Virus record (IMG/VR): IMGVR_UViG_3300045988_136057
Location: 1-35,478 of that record
Length of the DNA stretch: 35,478 nt
Source: a virus
Strand: one strand, 5' to 3'
The position numbers were made by a program, and so were the translations under genes. Shown here one piece after another: positions 9,188-17,568 of the stretch. The notes under the pieces are model-generated. The model saw only the letters and a program-made list of their open reading frames with translations. It did no database searches and was not told the origin of the DNA. Each line of letters starts with the position of its first letter. The stretch's first letter is position 1.

Positions 9188-9794
9188 TGTTAGAATCTCC
9201 TTTAGTTAATTGATTGTAAAGTTCCGGATTCTCATCATAAACCTTAGCACGTTGACTATAGTTCATTTTAGAGAACTCCGCTGGTGTGATACCGGCTGGC
9301 GTTTTTCCACCTGGTTCGCCGGGTAGTGTACTATTAGGCTTAACATCAGTACCAAAGAGATATGGATTGTCTTTTTGAACAGATTCCAACTGCTCTTTTA
9401 ATCCTACGACTTCGCCATTCTCTACTTTAGCCTCATTAAGGTCTAACAACGCTCTAATTGCCTTTGTGTTCTTGCCGTTTAAAGACATGATAGACTTATC
9501 AACAATAGAATCGATTTCCATAGCTTTTAGCTTAGCAGCATACTCATTCTCCCGTGTAGCAGCTGCCGCCTTTAGGTCATCAATCTGTTTGATAAGTTCT
9601 TGATTGTTAGCATTAGATTGTTTTAGATTCTCAATCTCATCGGTCAATGTCTTGACCTCATCTTTACGATTTTTCAACTCCTCATTTTTAGCGTTGAATT
9701 GAGATTTAGAAACGTAGTTTTTGCCGTAGTCCTCAACGATTTTGTCAGCCTGTTCCTCAGTAATACCTAATTCCAATAGTTCGCTTTTAGTCAT
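9180..9794 (-). CDS. Capsid scaffolding protein (GP20-like)
   Basis: I place the start at ATG 9794 (RBS AGGGGG upstream), not the TTG at 9815 used in the track. MTKSELLELGITEEQADKIVEDYGKNYVSKSQFNAKNEELK plus a coiled coil is typical of scaffold proteins. Confidence 0.75.
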   Translation of the reverse strand: MTKSELLELGITEEQADKIVEDYGKNYVSKSQFNAKNEELKNRKDEVKTLTDEIENLKQSNANNQELIKQIDDLKAAAATRENEYAAKLKAMEIDSIVDKSIMSLNGKNTKAIRALLDLNEAKVENGEVVGLKEQLESVQKDNPYLFGTDVKPNSTLPGEPGGKTPAGITPAEFSKMNYSQRAKVYDENPELYNQLTKGDSNNE

Positions 9795-9852
9795 TATATC
9801 TGACCCCCTAATCAATTCACAATACGCTTGATTATCGTGAGCAACACCTCAC

Positions 9853-9882
9853 ATTATAGTCTTGTTGTTTATCGTCTAACAA
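9853..9882 (-). promoter_or_regulatory. Internal sigma-70-type promoter ahead of the scaffold/capsid genes
   Basis: Minus strand TTGTTA-N18-TATAAT (-35 at 9877..9882, -10 at 9853..9858). Confidence 0.5.
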
Positions 9883-9894
9883 TACCAAAACGAC

Positions 9895-9918
9895 AATATA
9901 AAAGCAGGTGATACCTGC
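9895..9918 (-). terminator. Intrinsic terminator after the Mu-F-like gene
   Basis: Minus strand GCAGGT-ATC-ACCTGC followed by CTTTTATATTG. Confidence 0.55.
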
Positions 9919-9926
9919 GTTCATAA

Positions 9927-10961
9927 CTATTCAAGATACTTGTCAGCCCATTCATCATATGTCATCTTCTCGATAGACATACTCTTTCCGTCCTTGCCCC
10001 TTGCCGTTCTTGATTCACCTTTCAAGCCCTCGATATAAGGGATTGTGGTAGACCGACAATAGCAATGAAACGGCGGGACTGTAACCCCTGGACGTGCGTC
10101 CTTGATAGGGACAATCTTTCCGTCCATACGTCGACATATCTTAGACGTCTTTCTGTCAAGTGTAGCCAGTATCTCCAGCTTATCAACGTCAAGGCGTTCC
10201 ATAGAGTCAAGGCTTGCCTGCTCATGTACCCTTGCCGTTTCTGTTTCAACTAGCCGCCTAGCGTTATTATATGATACATTCAACCGATTCGCCAGCTTTT
10301 CACTCATATTGTCCATACCCTCACCGACTATAAACGATTGAGTAAAATCATTCTGTAAAGCCTTAATCAGCTTGACCTTATCAGTCCATATACGACTAGA
10401 GAAGTCCTTGCCGTCGCTAGCCCATTCTGCATTGATGACTCTATCTACTGCGTCTGGATTGACCCTATTCACGATTGAGTATTCACCACGTTGAGATTGA
10501 GCAAGGTAAGCGGCCTTATACGCTGCTGATTCATATACATCGGTCAGCAATGAGTTCATCTTTATATTTTGTGATGTAGCCAACCGCTCAACCTCATGTA
10601 CAACGCTGATATATAACGCCTGCTCACGACTCAACCTCTCACGGATTGAGGCTTGCTCTAACATCTTAATATGAGATTCAGATAAGTCCTCACTCTTAGC
10701 CTCTTTGATAAAGCCTTTGAGGTCAAGTCTGAACTGCTTTAGTTCATAGTTGTTGAGAATCTTCCTAGCCTCTTGTAAGGTGATAGAGTTCTCATGAGCG
10801 AATCGTCTGTACCAGTCATTCATATTCTTTTCAAGCCTACGGATAGCCCTTTGATAGTTAGCCTTTAACTCCCCATTGGTGAGCCGTGCCTTTTTGATTG
10901 AATCATCAAGGCTTGCCTCGTATCTCTTAGCCCAGTACATCTTATTCTTTACGTCGTCCAT
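9927..10961 (-). CDS. Head morphogenesis protein (Mu F / SPP1 gp7-like minor capsid protein)
   Basis: 344 aa after the portal gene. ATLDRKTSKICRRMDGKIV...PPFHCYCRSTTIP matches the Mu-F family signature. Confidence 0.85.
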   Translation of the reverse strand: MDDVKNKMYWAKRYEASLDDSIKKARLTNGELKANYQRAIRRLEKNMNDWYRRFAHENSITLQEARKILNNYELKQFRLDLKGFIKEAKSEDLSESHIKMLEQASIRERLSREQALYISVVHEVERLATSQNIKMNSLLTDVYESAAYKAAYLAQSQRGEYSIVNRVNPDAVDRVINAEWASDGKDFSSRIWTDKVKLIKALQNDFTQSFIVGEGMDNMSEKLANRLNVSYNNARRLVETETARVHEQASLDSMERLDVDKLEILATLDRKTSKICRRMDGKIVPIKDARPGVTVPPFHCYCRSTTIPYIEGLKGESRTARGKDGKSMSIEKMTYDEWADKYLE

Positions 10962-10966
10962 GATTC

Positions 10967-12385
10967 CTATTCCTCAATGTCATCGTCCGGCGTGATAAAG
11001 TCCTCAGCTGCTGCCTCTTTCTGCTCAGCCTTAATTCTCTCAATCTCTTCCGCCGTCGATGTAGTCCATGGGTGATTAGATATAATCGTTTCCGCTGACA
11101 ATACTCCGACAGAGTTTCGACAGTTATTAATAGCCTCAGATTCATTGACAGGTGTCAATCGATTGAATATAAACTCAACGTCCTTGACTTGCTGACCGCC
11201 TACGATTGCATACGCTATATTGATGAACTCAATCATCAACTCAAAGGCTGCTTGATACTCGACCTCTAACTGATTAGAATCAAGGTCAATATCAGAGTAC
11301 ATAGACATGATATTCATCTGATTCGGATTGTTAGATAGTCGCTCGTCCTTAGCGTCATATCCTCGACCATTCTCAATGATTGAGCGTTTCAAGGCTCTCA
11401 TGATTGCCTCATAATTAGAGGCATTTACCTCGATGTGTAAAGTTTCAACGCCGCCCTCACCGTCTAGCGTTCTAACCTTAACCGCTCCGAATGTAGCCAA
11501 ATTACGTCTAAACTCAGATAGGTCAGTTCCGTCATAGTTCTTTAATACAAGGATTGTATTCCTAGTGTCCTCTTGCATATTATCAGCGAAGATAGAATAC
11601 ATTGTATTCAAGGCGTCTTGTAAGCACTTAACCCTATTAATTAAAGGCTGCTCGATGTGATTACCCTTAAAGCATATCAAAGGAACACGGCCGCCCCAGT
11701 CGTACCAAAGGTTGCCCATATTGATATGACCTTGTGTATCACGTTCAAGATTCACGGATAGACTTCCGTTCTTATAGATGTAATAAGAGATTCTATCCGG
11801 TGTATAGAACTCAACATGAGTTTCAACTTCTCGTATACCCATAATGTTATAGAGTTCTACCTCATAGAGATATACAAAGGCGTCTATCTGTGTATGTTCC
11901 TCATCGTGCCAATAAGGAATAACTTGCTCCGGTTTCAATCTCTTGAACGCTATCTTGCCATTATTGATATATGGGTATAAGTACCCTTTACCACCAATAT
12001 AAGAATCCATAGCCACGTTAAGTAGAGTCCGGTGCATTGACTTATTAAAAATATTGATAACTTCCTCATTATCAGTTTTAACCTCAATAGGCTTTCCTAG
12101 AATGTAGTTCACCTTTTGGTCTACTAAATCATCGAATTTATTGTCTACGATTTTACTATTAGGCAAGTGTTCAAGTTCTATACTTGTACTCGGCCCCTCA
12201 ATCATAGTTCTTTTTTTATTTAAGATTTCATGACGTCCCTCATAATAAGCCCGTCCGGTCATCATGTCCTTTCTTTCCTTGCTCGATAAGAATCGTTGAA
12301 TCTCATGTTGCAGAAAAGCCCTTTCTGATATACCAGCGTTGCCTTTTATGATTGCACGCCATACCTCATTAGTTGTTGTTAGCAT
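10967..12385 (-). CDS. Portal protein (SPP1 gp6-like)
   Basis: Start placed at ATG 12385 (TAAAGGGGTTATAATG context). The track start at 12418 would overlap TerL by 23 nt. Size and position after TerL fit a portal. Confidence 0.85.
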   Translation of the reverse strand: MLTTTNEVWRAIIKGNAGISERAFLQHEIQRFLSSKERKDMMTGRAYYEGRHEILNKKRTMIEGPSTSIELEHLPNSKIVDNKFDDLVDQKVNYILGKPIEVKTDNEEVINIFNKSMHRTLLNVAMDSYIGGKGYLYPYINNGKIAFKRLKPEQVIPYWHDEEHTQIDAFVYLYEVELYNIMGIREVETHVEFYTPDRISYYIYKNGSLSVNLERDTQGHINMGNLWYDWGGRVPLICFKGNHIEQPLINRVKCLQDALNTMYSIFADNMQEDTRNTILVLKNYDGTDLSEFRRNLATFGAVKVRTLDGEGGVETLHIEVNASNYEAIMRALKRSIIENGRGYDAKDERLSNNPNQMNIMSMYSDIDLDSNQLEVEYQAAFELMIEFINIAYAIVGGQQVKDVEFIFNRLTPVNESEAINNCRNSVGVLSAETIISNHPWTTSTAEEIERIKAEQKEAAAEDFITPDDDIEE

Positions 12386-12395
12386 TATAACCCCT

Positions 12396-14000
12396 TTACC
12401 AGCTGAAATTACTGCCATTCATAGACTTTCTTAAAGCATATCTTACGGCGTCTATTGAGTGGTCGTTACGCTTAGGATAGCTAGAAATAAAGTTATCGTC
12501 TTTATCTCGCTCGTACTCATACATGACAAACTCACGGTATGTATTAGGGCAACGCTTTTTATCGATATAGATTTTATATCGGTCAGCTAACCACTTAATA
12601 CCAAAGTTACGGCTATCCGGCCCTTTTTTGACCCCATAGGCTCGTAGCCCTAAGTCTGAAAGTTCAGCTATAGACTTAGGCTCAGCACTATCACAATAAA
12701 CTGCGTCGGTATTGACCTTATCTTTGATTCTCTCATAAGCGTCCTTGTTTTTAAGCCGTGTACTATATACCTCATCGAAGATATAAACAGTATCCTTTTT
12801 CACATCGAAGTGTAGCTTATCATACACGAATGGGTCAGTAGCGAATCCAAAGTCAATCCCATGATGAAGATTGTCAAAGTCGTCAATCATTTCATCTGTG
12901 ATTCTTAAATCCTCGACGTTATTGAATACGCCGCCGCCTGTTCCTGTAACCTCACCTAGATACTCATGAGCATATAAGTCCGGTCTTAAATCTCTTAACT
13001 TCTCAGCCTCGTTGATGAACTGCTCACCTAACCACTCCGGCGGTACCATTGTATAGTCAGAGTGGACAACCAGCCTATCCGGGTCATCGATGAGTTGCTC
13101 GACGTTGACCCAGTTATCACGACTCTTTGGCGGGTTAAACGAATAAAAACACCAATACTTATCACCGCCACGCAGCAATGATTGATTGATGTTTCGAATC
13201 TCGTTCATGCCTGCGAACTGGTCGAGTTCCTCGTACCATACAAAGCCTACATAACCGAATGGAAGTTTCAAAGATTTAATTTTCTGTTTATCATCAACGC
13301 CTAAGAATAGAATCCGCTGCCCTGTTGGTTTATAGATAATCTCCAGGGGGCTTTTCTTGAACTGAAAATCAGCTGAAACGCCTAGCTTATCGATAGCCCA
13401 TTCTATCTGCTGATAGACAGAGTTCTTTAACGTGTTGCCTACCTTACGCATTACTACTGCGTGCGTGTCTGGATTCTCGATAAGCCCCTTTGGAATCTGA
13501 GTACTAACATAAGATGACTTAGTACTACCACGGCCACCACTAAACCAGTAGTGAGTATGCCTATGACGTTTAATATCGCACGTTGCGGCGTCATAATGAG
13601 GGATTGTAATGTCAAGTATGTCAACCATATTTTGACCTTGCCCCTCATTCTTGACCTCATCGCCTACGTCCGGCGTCAATGATAAGAGTATCTCTACGGC
13701 CTTAGGGTCGCCATTGACCGCCTTGACCGCTTGTTTCAGAATCATAGCGTTCTGTAGCGTTAAGTTCAAGCCCTTAGCGTCCGCTAATGACTTAATCTTC
13801 TCATCTACCTTACCGCCTTTTAATGGTGTCGTTAAGATTGACCCTGCAACCTCACGCCATGCTTTAAGTTCTCTACGTTTGGCAACGCTCGCTTTACCTG
13901 CCTTAGAGGCTATACGCTTTCTTTCCTCCGGCGTGCGTTTATTCAAGGGTATAAGATTCTCTATACCCTTATTGCCGCCGCTACCCTTAGCCATTGCCAT
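12396..14000 (-). CDS. Terminase large subunit (PBSX XtmB-like) with a ~110-aa basic N-terminal extension resembling small-terminase N-termini
   Basis: Walker A in YWFSGGRGSTKSSYVS. N-terminus is MAMAKGSGGNKGIENLIPLNKRTPEERKRIASKAGKASVAKRRELK. No separate small-terminase ORF lies upstream. Confidence 0.9.
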   Translation of the reverse strand: MAMAKGSGGNKGIENLIPLNKRTPEERKRIASKAGKASVAKRRELKAWREVAGSILTTPLKGGKVDEKIKSLADAKGLNLTLQNAMILKQAVKAVNGDPKAVEILLSLTPDVGDEVKNEGQGQNMVDILDITIPHYDAATCDIKRHRHTHYWFSGGRGSTKSSYVSTQIPKGLIENPDTHAVVMRKVGNTLKNSVYQQIEWAIDKLGVSADFQFKKSPLEIIYKPTGQRILFLGVDDKQKIKSLKLPFGYVGFVWYEELDQFAGMNEIRNINQSLLRGGDKYWCFYSFNPPKSRDNWVNVEQLIDDPDRLVVHSDYTMVPPEWLGEQFINEAEKLRDLRPDLYAHEYLGEVTGTGGGVFNNVEDLRITDEMIDDFDNLHHGIDFGFATDPFVYDKLHFDVKKDTVYIFDEVYSTRLKNKDAYERIKDKVNTDAVYCDSAEPKSIAELSDLGLRAYGVKKGPDSRNFGIKWLADRYKIYIDKKRCPNTYREFVMYEYERDKDDNFISSYPKRNDHSIDAVRYALRKSMNGSNFSW

Positions 14001-14008
14001 TGACTAGA

Positions 14009-14764
14009 TTAGTCCTTTACGTTCTCAAACTTATAACCATATTTCTTTTGGTTACGTTTGAGGAAGTTGTCTACTGCCGCATTGCTATCCTTACCACGCA
14101 AGCCCTTTTTACGAGCCGTTGCTACTGCCTTAGTGAATCCGGCCGTATCAAAATGAGTTCCTTTAGTGATTTTACGGTAGCCACCACTATGTGTAGCAAC
14201 GATAGACTTAGCCTTTGTCCCTGCTAGTGCGAGCATATCAGCAGGACTAAAACTACTGTTATTAGGGTGATTATGTACAAGTGTACTGCCCTTATGGATT
14301 CGACCAGGCAGCCCTACGTTACTTTTACCGCCATGACTATAAGTATGTACAAAGCCGTTACTATCAATCTGAATCAAGTGTTCTTTATCACTCTTACCGT
14401 GCTTATTACGGAACGCCGCTATAGCGTCCCTCTCAGTCTTGGTCTTGATTTTGTTGTTCATTCGACTAGGCAAGTCGCCGCTCGTCTTACCAGTACGACC
14501 AGCTGCGTTACGCCACTCGTACTTATTAGCACCGGTACCGCTTGCACCACGACCGCCCTCGACTCCGAACTCAATATCTTCAAGTTCCTCAATCAAGGCA
14601 CTAGCTAGGGAATGACTTTCAAGGTCTGAAATAATCTCGGATTCATCTGTTACAGAGTTCCATAGTTCCCATTTGTTACCAGGTCTTTTAAACATGATAT
14701 AAGTATCATTCAGTTCGACCATGTTGTAGTCAATCATCTTCAATACAAAACTTTTAATCTTCAT
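14009..14764 (-). CDS. RadC-like JAB/MPN-domain protein with unknown N-terminal domain
   Basis: Start placed at ATG 14764 (RBS GAGGTG). The C-terminal half EHLIQIDSNGFVHTYSHGGKSNV...STLVHNHPNNSSFSPADM resembles the RadC/JAB E...HNHP...S..D motif, with a spacer one residue shorter. Confidence 0.55.
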   Translation of the reverse strand: MKIKSFVLKMIDYNMVELNDTYIMFKRPGNKWELWNSVTDESEIISDLESHSLASALIEELEDIEFGVEGGRGASGTGANKYEWRNAAGRTGKTSGDLPSRMNNKIKTKTERDAIAAFRNKHGKSDKEHLIQIDSNGFVHTYSHGGKSNVGLPGRIHKGSTLVHNHPNNSSFSPADMLALAGTKAKSIVATHSGGYRKITKGTHFDTAGFTKAVATARKKGLRGKDSNAAVDNFLKRNQKKYGYKFENVKD

Positions 14765-15809
14765 CTTTTTCACCTCGTTTAGACATTCGTTTTGTTACTG
14801 CATTATCAATGTAGCTTACTTCCAGCCCTTTATAATCATATCCAACGTCGCCCCCATAGACTATTATGTTTCTAGGCTCACATGATTCTATAGCGGCCGT
14901 CATTCCCTCAGTCCATACTTTAAAAGCCTCGTCGTCCCTTTTGACCCCTATAGTAGATATGGCAATCGTACCACCTTTAGGAATCCCTAGAAAAGCAAAG
15001 TCAAACGTACGGCTATCTCCCCAGGATACAGTAGGAATGACCGTGCAGCCTAAATCTTGCATAATCTGACCGACTAGCCTCGACCGATATATGTTCCATA
15101 TCATCATAGCGATAGGCATATCAAGATATAGACTAAAGTCCGGTGTCAGTACACAGTCCCATTCTGCAAGTATAGGGGCGTAGTCGTGAGGATTGTTCCA
15201 TATACGCTCGAATTGATAATCATCTAAGAAAAAGTGTACCCCTGCTTTGTCTACTGGTGGTGTACTTTTCACATAGTTGAATCCGATTAAATGCTCCGGC
15301 CTCACTACGACCCTGTCAAGTGTAGGAATCTGATAGTACCCCTCAGCCCTCGACTCATCGAAGTCATGCAAGTTATAGGTATTCATCGTCCTTTCACGTT
15401 CATTTTCTTTCTCGACCTCAACAGGCTCCGGGTCAACAGGGTCTATAACCTCGAATCCGAAGTCAGTCATATCAAAGTCAAGAATGTCATTCATTTCTAA
15501 GGCTAATAAGCCAGCGTCCCAGCTAGCCGCCTCAGATACTTTGTTATCTGCCAATCTAAAAGCCTTTATTTGTTGCTGCGTCAAGTCGTCCGCTCTAATA
15601 CAAGGCACTACCCTCATTCCTAATGATTGAGCAGCCGCATATCGTGTATGACCGCATATAATCACGTTCTTTTTATCGATGATGATAGGATTCTTGAATC
15701 CGAACTCTTTAATTGAGTTAGCAACTAAAGGTACTGCCTTTTGATTGTTGCGTGGATTCTTGTCATACAGGATTAAATCCGCAAGATTCATTTCTTCAAT
15801 CTTAATCAT
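14754..15809 (-). CDS. ParB-like nuclease domain protein fused to a DUF4417-like domain
   Basis: N-terminus has YDKNPRNN and GHTRYAAA (ParB/sulfiredoxin motifs). C-terminus has HFFLDDYQFERIWNNP...TPDFSLYLDMP, as I recall for DUF4417. Confidence 0.75.
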   Translation of the reverse strand: MIKIEEMNLADLILYDKNPRNNQKAVPLVANSIKEFGFKNPIIIDKKNVIICGHTRYAAAQSLGMRVVPCIRADDLTQQQIKAFRLADNKVSEAASWDAGLLALEMNDILDFDMTDFGFEVIDPVDPEPVEVEKENERERTMNTYNLHDFDESRAEGYYQIPTLDRVVVRPEHLIGFNYVKSTPPVDKAGVHFFLDDYQFERIWNNPHDYAPILAEWDCVLTPDFSLYLDMPIAMMIWNIYRSRLVGQIMQDLGCTVIPTVSWGDSRTFDFAFLGIPKGGTIAISTIGVKRDDEAFKVWTEGMTAAIESCEPRNIIVYGGDVGYDYKGLEVSYIDNAVTKRMSKRGEKDED

Positions 15810-15997
15810 TTGACTATCTCACTCCCTTTACGTTTGAGCCTGCGACCCTCACGCCTTACAATACCGCAAGCTGCTCTTGCAGCGTATGTCATTGTTATGT
15901 AGCTTTGACATAAGCCTTCATACTCAATCATAGCAGCCGTACATCGACCTCCTTTATTATTTAAGCACTTACGCTTAACGCACTTAATATCTGTCAT
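15806..15997 (-). CDS. Small Cys-rich protein (DUF1540-like)
   Basis: 63 aa. The spacing in CVKRKCLNNKGGRCTAAMIEYEGLCQSY resembles the DUF1540 Cys pattern. RBS AAGGGAG. First gene of the late operon. Confidence 0.45.
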   Translation of the reverse strand: MTDIKCVKRKCLNNKGGRCTAAMIEYEGLCQSYITMTYAARAACGIVRREGRRLKRKGSEIVK

Positions 15998-16009
15998 GAT
16001 TCTCCCTTG

Positions 16010-16186
16010 TTATCGATTCTAACCACGCCATAAGGCACTATGTTATAGTTCTATGGTTGTATGGTTGTTTGGTATAAGGATTGTTATGTTTGATGAAAGG
16101 AGTTTTTTTATGAGTTGTATGTTATCCACCTAAAGAGGTTTGTTGAAAGGAATCCCATGACCTCATGGCGTGGTTACAATCGATAA
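16010..16186 (-). promoter_or_regulatory. Structured leader/control region with a 22-bp long-range inverted repeat enclosing 133 nt
   Basis: The reverse complement of 16010..16031 (ttatcgattctaaccacgccat) equals 16165..16186 (atggcgtggttacaatcgataa) at 21 of 22 positions. Inside are tandem tatggttg x2 (16052..16067) and the palindrome CCATGA-cc-TCATGG (16155..16168). Confidence 0.6.
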
Positions 16187-16199
16187 TTCTTGATGTAAA

Positions 16200-16227
16200 A
16201 TGAGCCGCACTTTATAGCACGGCTCAT
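16200..16227 (-). terminator. Intrinsic terminator after the late-activator gene
   Basis: Minus strand ATGAGCCG-12 nt loop-CGGCTCAT followed by TTTACATC. Confidence 0.6.
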
Positions 16228-16252
16228 GACATATTTTGACCTCTATATCATA

Positions 16253-16708
16253 TCACATTTGACCGTGAATTTCAATGAATTTATCGACCTGTTCTAGGCC
16301 GTTCTTGATGTAATTTCTGACCGTCCTCTCATTGAGCGTCTTACCGATAATCAGCTTATCCCTTATTTCCTTAGCGGTGAATCCTGCTAGGTAGTAAAGT
16401 CTTAGTGCTATCTTGATTGTATTATCGTCAACGGCCTCAGCTATCAACTGTGTAGCGTTAACGTACTCTGTAAAGTGTTCCTTGATACGCTCATTAAGTT
16501 TACACTGCACCTCGTCGATACGAGCCACTAAGTCGCCTATATCCTTACGCTTGCCACCGCTAACGCTCACCGCTGAGTAGTCAACGGCCTTTAGTTGCCC
16601 TTTCATACTTTCAAGGACTATCACCTCAGCTTTAAGAGATTCAATCTCAGCCCTTAGCTGCCTAACACGCTGAAAGTACTCCCTAGCTGTCCTCTCCATA
16701 AAAACCAT
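16253..16708 (-). CDS. Putative late transcriptional activator (sigma-70 region 4 HTH / DUF1492-like)
   Basis: Start placed at ATG 16708 (RBS AAAGGAG). N-terminal coiled coil. C-terminus IALRLYYLAGFTAKEIRDKLIIGKTLNERTVRNYIKNGLEQV looks like a sigma region 4 HTH. Sits just upstream of the packaging operon. Confidence 0.6.
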   Translation of the reverse strand: MVFMERTAREYFQRVRQLRAEIESLKAEVIVLESMKGQLKAVDYSAVSVSGGKRKDIGDLVARIDEVQCKLNERIKEHFTEYVNATQLIAEAVDDNTIKIALRLYYLAGFTAKEIRDKLIIGKTLNERTVRNYIKNGLEQVDKFIEIHGQM

Positions 16709-16741
16709 TGCTTCTCCTTTGTTTCCTGGTGGTAAACACAA

Positions 16742-16906
16742 TCATAATATTTTTGACCGTCTAATATCAACCGGGCCTATAAAAACAGGCTCATCGTTTA
16801 AGAATAGAACGCCGTCTAACCGCCTAAAAGTAATGCTCTGAATCACTAGCCCAGCACGTTTTAGAATCTTAACGCCTTTTAGTTTCTGATATTCTCTATC
16901 ATTCAT
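16742..16906 (-). CDS. Hypothetical 54-aa protein (below the ORF-track cutoff)
   Basis: Hand translation: MNDREYQKLKGVKILKRAGLVIQSITFRRLDGVLFLNDEPVFIGPVDIRRSKIL. ATGAATGA overlap with the upstream stop. Fills an otherwise empty gap. Confidence 0.4.
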   Translation of the reverse strand: MNDREYQKLKGVKILKRAGLVIQSITFRRLDGVLFLNDEPVFIGPVDIRRSKIL

Positions 16907-17387
16907 GTGAATCCCTTTCATGCATTAAGTCTTTAATCTCTCTCGTCAAGAAATCAACCGCCATTTCATATTGATAACCCTCGATTGATAATAGGGCGTT
17001 CGCTAAGTTAGCCGTTAACCCCTTAGCCATGATAAAGTCCGATGAGGATATTGCCGGCGGTATATCTCGATTCATTTGACGTATCAAGTAGAATCTAGCC
17101 TTTTTGAGGTCTTGAACGATATTATCCTTATGACCTGCCCTAGATATGTACTTGACCGCATTACCAACACAAAAACCGTAGCCTCTTGATTCGATGTAGT
17201 CAAGCGGCTCTACTCCCCCATGAGTATAATGCTTAGGGGCTATCACCGCATTATCTGTATTGACGCTCACATAAGGTCTTAACATATCGAATAGGGTATC
17301 GCTGATAGTAACCCTTTGACCGTTCCTCTCAGCCTCTTGTAACGCCATTATCAGCTCATTTACAACAAAGTTTACTTTCTTACTCAT
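16899..17387 (-). CDS. DUF3310-like phage protein (SaV-like)
   Basis: Start placed at ATG 17387 (RBS AAGGGAG). HYTHGGVEPLDYIESRGYGFCVGNAVKYISRAGHKDNIVQDLKKARFYL matches the DUF3310 pattern as I recall it. Confidence 0.65.
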   Translation of the reverse strand: MSKKVNFVVNELIMALQEAERNGQRVTISDTLFDMLRPYVSVNTDNAVIAPKHYTHGGVEPLDYIESRGYGFCVGNAVKYISRAGHKDNIVQDLKKARFYLIRQMNRDIPPAISSSDFIMAKGLTANLANALLSIEGYQYEMAVDFLTREIKDLMHERDSHE

Positions 17388-17568
17388 GCTTATACTCCCT
17401 TGTACGCTCAACCTCTATCGTTAAGTACCTTTTACATCTAAGTTCATCAAACGTAGATATGCACTCTACTATATGATATGACGTATTCGGTCTATCTATA
17501 TCGATAATTTTGAGTTCATCTTCATCGCTTAAAAGTTCAAATATCTCTTTTAGAGTTTTTATCTTCAT
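17380..17568 (-). CDS. Hypothetical protein
   Basis: 62-aa ORF with ATGA overlap upstream and ATGAGTAA overlap downstream. Confidence 0.45.
   Translation of the reverse strand: MKIKTLKEIFELLSDEDELKIIDIDRPNTSYHIVECISTFDELRCKRYLTIEVERTREYKHE

Noticed and set aside
16096-16130. Plus-strand mini-ORF with a good RBS (AAAGGAG-N7-ATGAGTTGTATGTTATCCACCTAA, 7 aa)
   Set aside because: It would be the only plus-strand coding element in the genome and is only 7 codons long. The AGGAG is more simply explained as chance within a GT-rich structured leader.
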